64,000 bases of DNA from Kudoa neothunni (taxonomy: Eukaryota; Animalia; Cnidaria): positions 3,151,189 through 3,215,188 of the forward strand of contig OZ199840.1 of the NCBI GenBank assembly GCA_964304625.1, read 5' to 3'. Below the pieces are notes generated by a model, which was not told where the DNA came from, made no database searches, and saw only the letters and a list, made by a program, of their open reading frames with translations. Positions 59,767 to 64,000 of this stretch are shown here, piece after piece (position 1 is the stretch's first letter; every line of letters begins with the position of its first letter). The translations under genes were made by a program, and so were the position numbers.

Positions 59767-60389
59767 TTTTTCGGAGCCGTACAAGAAGGATTAAACGCAC
59801 TTTTGGGCCGAATACTTATATTCAAAAATAATTTAAGTAGCTTTAAATAACTAATGTATTAAAATATGTGGAGAATAAGGAAATTCGCATGTTTTTATAA
59901 ACAAAAGAGAGATTACGCGTGGAATCGATTTCCTCCGAACTGAGAATTGGTTAAAATTTATAAGTCATTTATTGAGACCGATTTCTTTCACTCAATATTT
60001 ATTTGTTTTATTAAAAAAACGCGAAAAAATCAGTCGAAAAAGATGCGTAGAAAGGTGTCTTCAGGTATCGCGGCTTTATAATTACCCGCTTCTCACATTC
60101 CAATTTGGAAGCCTTTGCTTAAAAGGAATGTATTTTTAAAAAATTATAATCTCATTTAGTATAATCACGATTACTCTCTAGGAAATAAACATAAAATCAA
60201 TTTTACATTTTTAGAATAGAATTAAATTAAATTAAAGACTGATCCATATTTTTGTATATAATAAAATTTTCACCTTTAATGCTAAAAAACGTAGTGAAAG
60301 ATATTTTAGGGTTTATTATTTTTTTCATGATATTTTAATTGCCATATTTAATTAAAGAATTTATATAATTTTGTAATTTTTTTGGTCGC

Positions 60390-60627
60390 TTATAAGTAGG
60401 GATCGTAGTTTTCGACGTTGATTATGCGCGCCAATTATAATGAACAAGTTTTTAACGTTTTCTACATTATTCTCATTTTATGTGTAAATTGCAGCGGGAT
60501 TATAATAAAAAATAGTCACAAATTGATCATATTATTGTTGAAGTTGGGACTTTTTTATCGCAGAATAAAAGGTCACGATATTCGGCGCGCATAATAAACG
60601 TCAAAAATTGCATTCCCTATTTATAAG
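60390..60627. mobile_element. Short foldback MITE with ~55-bp TIRs
   Basis: cttataagtagggatcgtagttttcgacgttgattatgcgcgcc pairs with ggcgcgcataataaacgtcaaaaattgcattccctatttataag. Confidence 0.75.
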
Positions 60628-61525
60628 TAGTGATTTTGGCTATTTAAAATAAATAAAGAATTTATCGTATTGATGTATTGAAATTGCTAAACTTTATTGT
60701 CGTATTATTTTTAGGTCTATTTATTTTAAAACTTTTAAATTGAAATCAGTTTTTAATGGTAATTTCAAACTTCAACATTTCTTTTACGTGCCAAAAATTA
60801 TTTTTAGCTTCTTATTCTGTGATTTTTAAATTAAATATGGAAAAACCTAATATTTTTTGATTCAGCTAATAGCCATTAATAATTACTGTTTTTTGTTTTC
60901 ATAAAGAGATTACTAAGCGGTTCTTTCCGCTAAGTTCCATTGAATGCCCTCATAAATTATATTGGTAAAAAGAAGTCAATTATTCTTTGATTTGCAAAAG
61001 GCAGAAAATTAAGTAAATTTCAAAAAAACCTGCCTAAATCAAAAATCATTAATTTAATTGTTTATAGACTTTAAATTTATTATTGAACTAAACTCAGAAG
61101 ATAACGTGAAGTTTTTAGTTTTTTTATGGCTTTTCTTAAATAAATTTGTTATTTAGCTAAGTTTTCAATTCTTTGGTTAAGTAAAAAAGAGATAAATTCA
61201 TAGTAAATAATATTTTTAATTGGAATTTAATATAAGCAAGAAAAGTATCATTTTGTGCGAAAATCAAAGGAAGAATACTACAACAATATATCCCAATGAT
61301 ATCTTTGATGTAATTAAAGAATAATCACTTAATTAAATGTGCAAATTTTCGTTAATCGTTATAAGAACATAAAAATATGATAAATTAAGAAGAGTTATGC
61401 AAAATAATTTCACGATACCATAAGTTTTAATACTTGGCCATTTTAAGTGTATAATGAAGGAGGAAAATTCTTATCAACCTAATAACGGTTAAATTACTAT
61501 TTAATAAATATATTACATTCTTTAG

Positions 61526-61552
<27 letters not shown>
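61526..61552. repeat. (TA)n microsatellite; similar tracts at ~21979-22002 and ~35971-35991
   Basis: Direct dinucleotide run. Confidence 0.9.
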
Positions 61553-61556
<4 letters not shown>

Positions 61557-61842
61557 TCATTATTATCATATCATGGTATATTGTGCAGACTAGTGATAAT
61601 AACTTTTAACTAGCATCATGTTACTCATTATTCTTCTACCATTATTAGTAATAGAGTGGCCAAGTTGGTAGTTAAATCAAGTCAAACGCAAAATGTTAAT
61701 AGAAATTATTATAAAATAACTATAAAAAATTAAATAGATGTCAAATAACGATACATGCGTTAAAATATTATAACACATATATGGAGGCATCAAGAATAAT
61801 AAATTTCGGCTGTATTATCCGAATTATAATAACTTTAAAAAG

Positions 61843-62860
61843 ATGTTGTCTTATAATTTATCGATACCTTTTATTTTTGAGATAACCACTTTATTGATTA
61901 CTTTGAGGATACAAGTGAACGCAAATAAAGTTTTTGGAACGCTGGAGAATTGGTCTCTTAATATCGGTTCGGAAAATGTTAACATCAAATATGGTCACAC
62001 TTTGTTCGGATATCAAGCAAAAACAGTTTCTGACAATGAGTAAAGTTATATGTACTACATGAGCTCGTTTTCATTGTTTAAGACTGATTGTATCGGCTCC
62101 TTTGTCCTCCATTACAAATAAGAAAAATGAATTTTGCCCAGGGAAGGTTTTTTTTGTGCAAAGTCCCACCTGTTTCAAAAGCTAACACCGAATGCGTAGA
62201 TTTAAACATCATCCCTGATGTCTCTGGTATATATTTCGTTTGACCCTCCTATTAACATAAATTTTTAGATCAATATTCCATGAAATACAATGATTTGTTG
62301 TTGTTAGGATTTAATATTGAGAAAGTTTCTCTTGATTTATATATTGTAAAACAAAATTTGTAAATAATACATTTTTTTCTTAACAAAGTTACTTAAGATA
62401 TGTGCTCCCAACAGTGGTATTTTGGCGAGGAAACAGCAAGATTTTATTACTCACTGCTATAAATACAGTGATAAAACGAAATACGTCTCTCCATTGCCCA
62501 GTATATAAAATCGAAGTTTTATATTGATTTTTATTAGTTCCAAAAAAAATGTTGAATAATACTGGAATTATTACCTACGCTAAGGAACAGGGTTATGTGA
62601 TTATCGGGGTTTTGCATAAAAAGTATTGCTTTAATAAGATATATTGGTTAATAATTTATAGAAGTTTTGCGGATATTTTCATACATGAAAACATTATATG
62701 GACTCCCTTATATAACTGGACTCATTATAGCATATCTACTAGATGTAAATTTAAAATTCTCAAATAATTATAACATCAAAACCTAGATTTTAGCAGTCTA
62801 CTAATGTATCGTTTACAAAACAAAACTTGTAAAGAGTTAGATTGTTCCAAAAGTAATTCA
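61843..62860 (+). CDS. Integrin alpha subunit, 5' part (probably continues beyond the window)
   Basis: Beta-propeller FG-GAP pattern across short exons: TLFGYQA...LIVSAP...GKVFLC...ECVDL, LLLGFNI, ICAP...HCY. Start could instead be the ATG at 61781. Confidence 0.72.
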
Positions 62861-64000
62861 GTCACGTTTATTTAAATATTATTATTATTAAATTTATTTT
62901 ATTTTATACGAGCAATAATTCAATAGATTATTTTATTTAAAATTATGTTTGTTGAATCGATATTGTCATAAAGGTAAACAAGATGTTTACTAAAAATAAG
63001 ACGCTGTTTATTTATGTTACGTTTTTTTAATTCAACTGCTATTTAACAGTCTTTAAATAAATTTGTATATTATACTATTTAGATATTTGTTATCTAATTA
63101 AATTGCAATATTTCTGCCCAAAGTTTTTCTAAGATATATTTTCTATTACGAAGTGGTTTATAATTTTAAAAATTAATATTTTTAATTTTAAATAGCAAAA
63201 ATCCCCAGTTTTTTTCTATAACGGGAATATTTACTATTGAGAAATTCCTTTGAGCCATTATAAAAGTATATAAATCCTTTCAATTAACTCATAAATGTAA
63301 TTAGACTAGATTTTTTTGAAAATATCATATTTGAAAAGTTGTGATCAGCAAAATTTAAAGTAAAATCATAAAAACAACAAAGATTGTACAGCTGGATGAA
63401 AACTTAGGAAAATTAATCTTTATTGTTGAACATAATATCCCTCCTTCACGCATAAATTTTAATTCATTCCTTACTACAAACAACTCAATATTCTCTTAAC
63501 ATCGACCTAAATAACTCAATAAATTAGATAAAATAAAATTTCAAAGTTGTAATCGAATTCTATTGCCAAAAGTTCAATTTAAGGGTAGCTTAAATTATAA
63601 TTCTAAGGAGAGAGTCCTAGTGAATAAGGCTTTAAACTTCCTGAATATAGCATAAACTATTAATTCATCATTAATCAAGAAAATTTAAATGAATGCTTTG
63701 CGTTTATATAATTAATAAAACTTTCAATGTGTATTTATTAAGTTGAATATATTAATAAGTTGTTGTATAATGACCGTGTTTGTAGATACATCGAATTTAT
63801 ATCTTTATAACTAGATGATTTTTTTAAATTAACAGTTGGTTATAGCATATACGAGAGAATTTTAATTTCATTTGACTGTCACTTTGTAAAAGACTAATTT
63901 TAATCCTATTCTCCACCTAACAAACTTAAAACCGATAAATTCGCCATTTTATAAATTCTATTCGAACTTTTGAGATATAAAGAAAGTTGAGAAAATTTTT

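Overview
AT-rich, intron-dense eukaryotic (animal) genomic DNA with mostly ~45-60 bp GT-AG introns and strongly divergent proteins; a reduced parasitic metazoan such as a myxozoan is plausible but not provable from this window. Genes read by manual splicing: ECT2-like RhoGEF (5'-partial), a short Claspin-like gene, OVCA2/FSH1 hydrolase, SEC24A/B, DPH1, THOC7, an unidentified gene head-to-head with THOC7, MYO1E/F, NOL7-like, EMC5/MMGT1, an ankyrin-repeat gene and the 5' part of an integrin alpha. Several are barely visible in the ORF track because of small exons. Intergenic DNA and long introns are filled with decayed DNA transposons (pogo/Tigger, hAT, piggyBac, Merlin, Helitron-like, MITEs, some nested) and tRNA-like relics. 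Most notable: (1) two head-to-head gene pairs whose start codons are only 33-34 bp apart, both carrying a GCGCAYGC (NRF1-like) motif; (2) OVCA2 and DPH1 (OVCA1) linked within ~11 kb, echoing the vertebrate locus; (3) a miniaturised Claspin-like protein; (4) a run of +1 homopolymer frameshifts in genes beyond ~38 kb, most likely assembly errors. All family assignments come from recalled motifs, not database searches.
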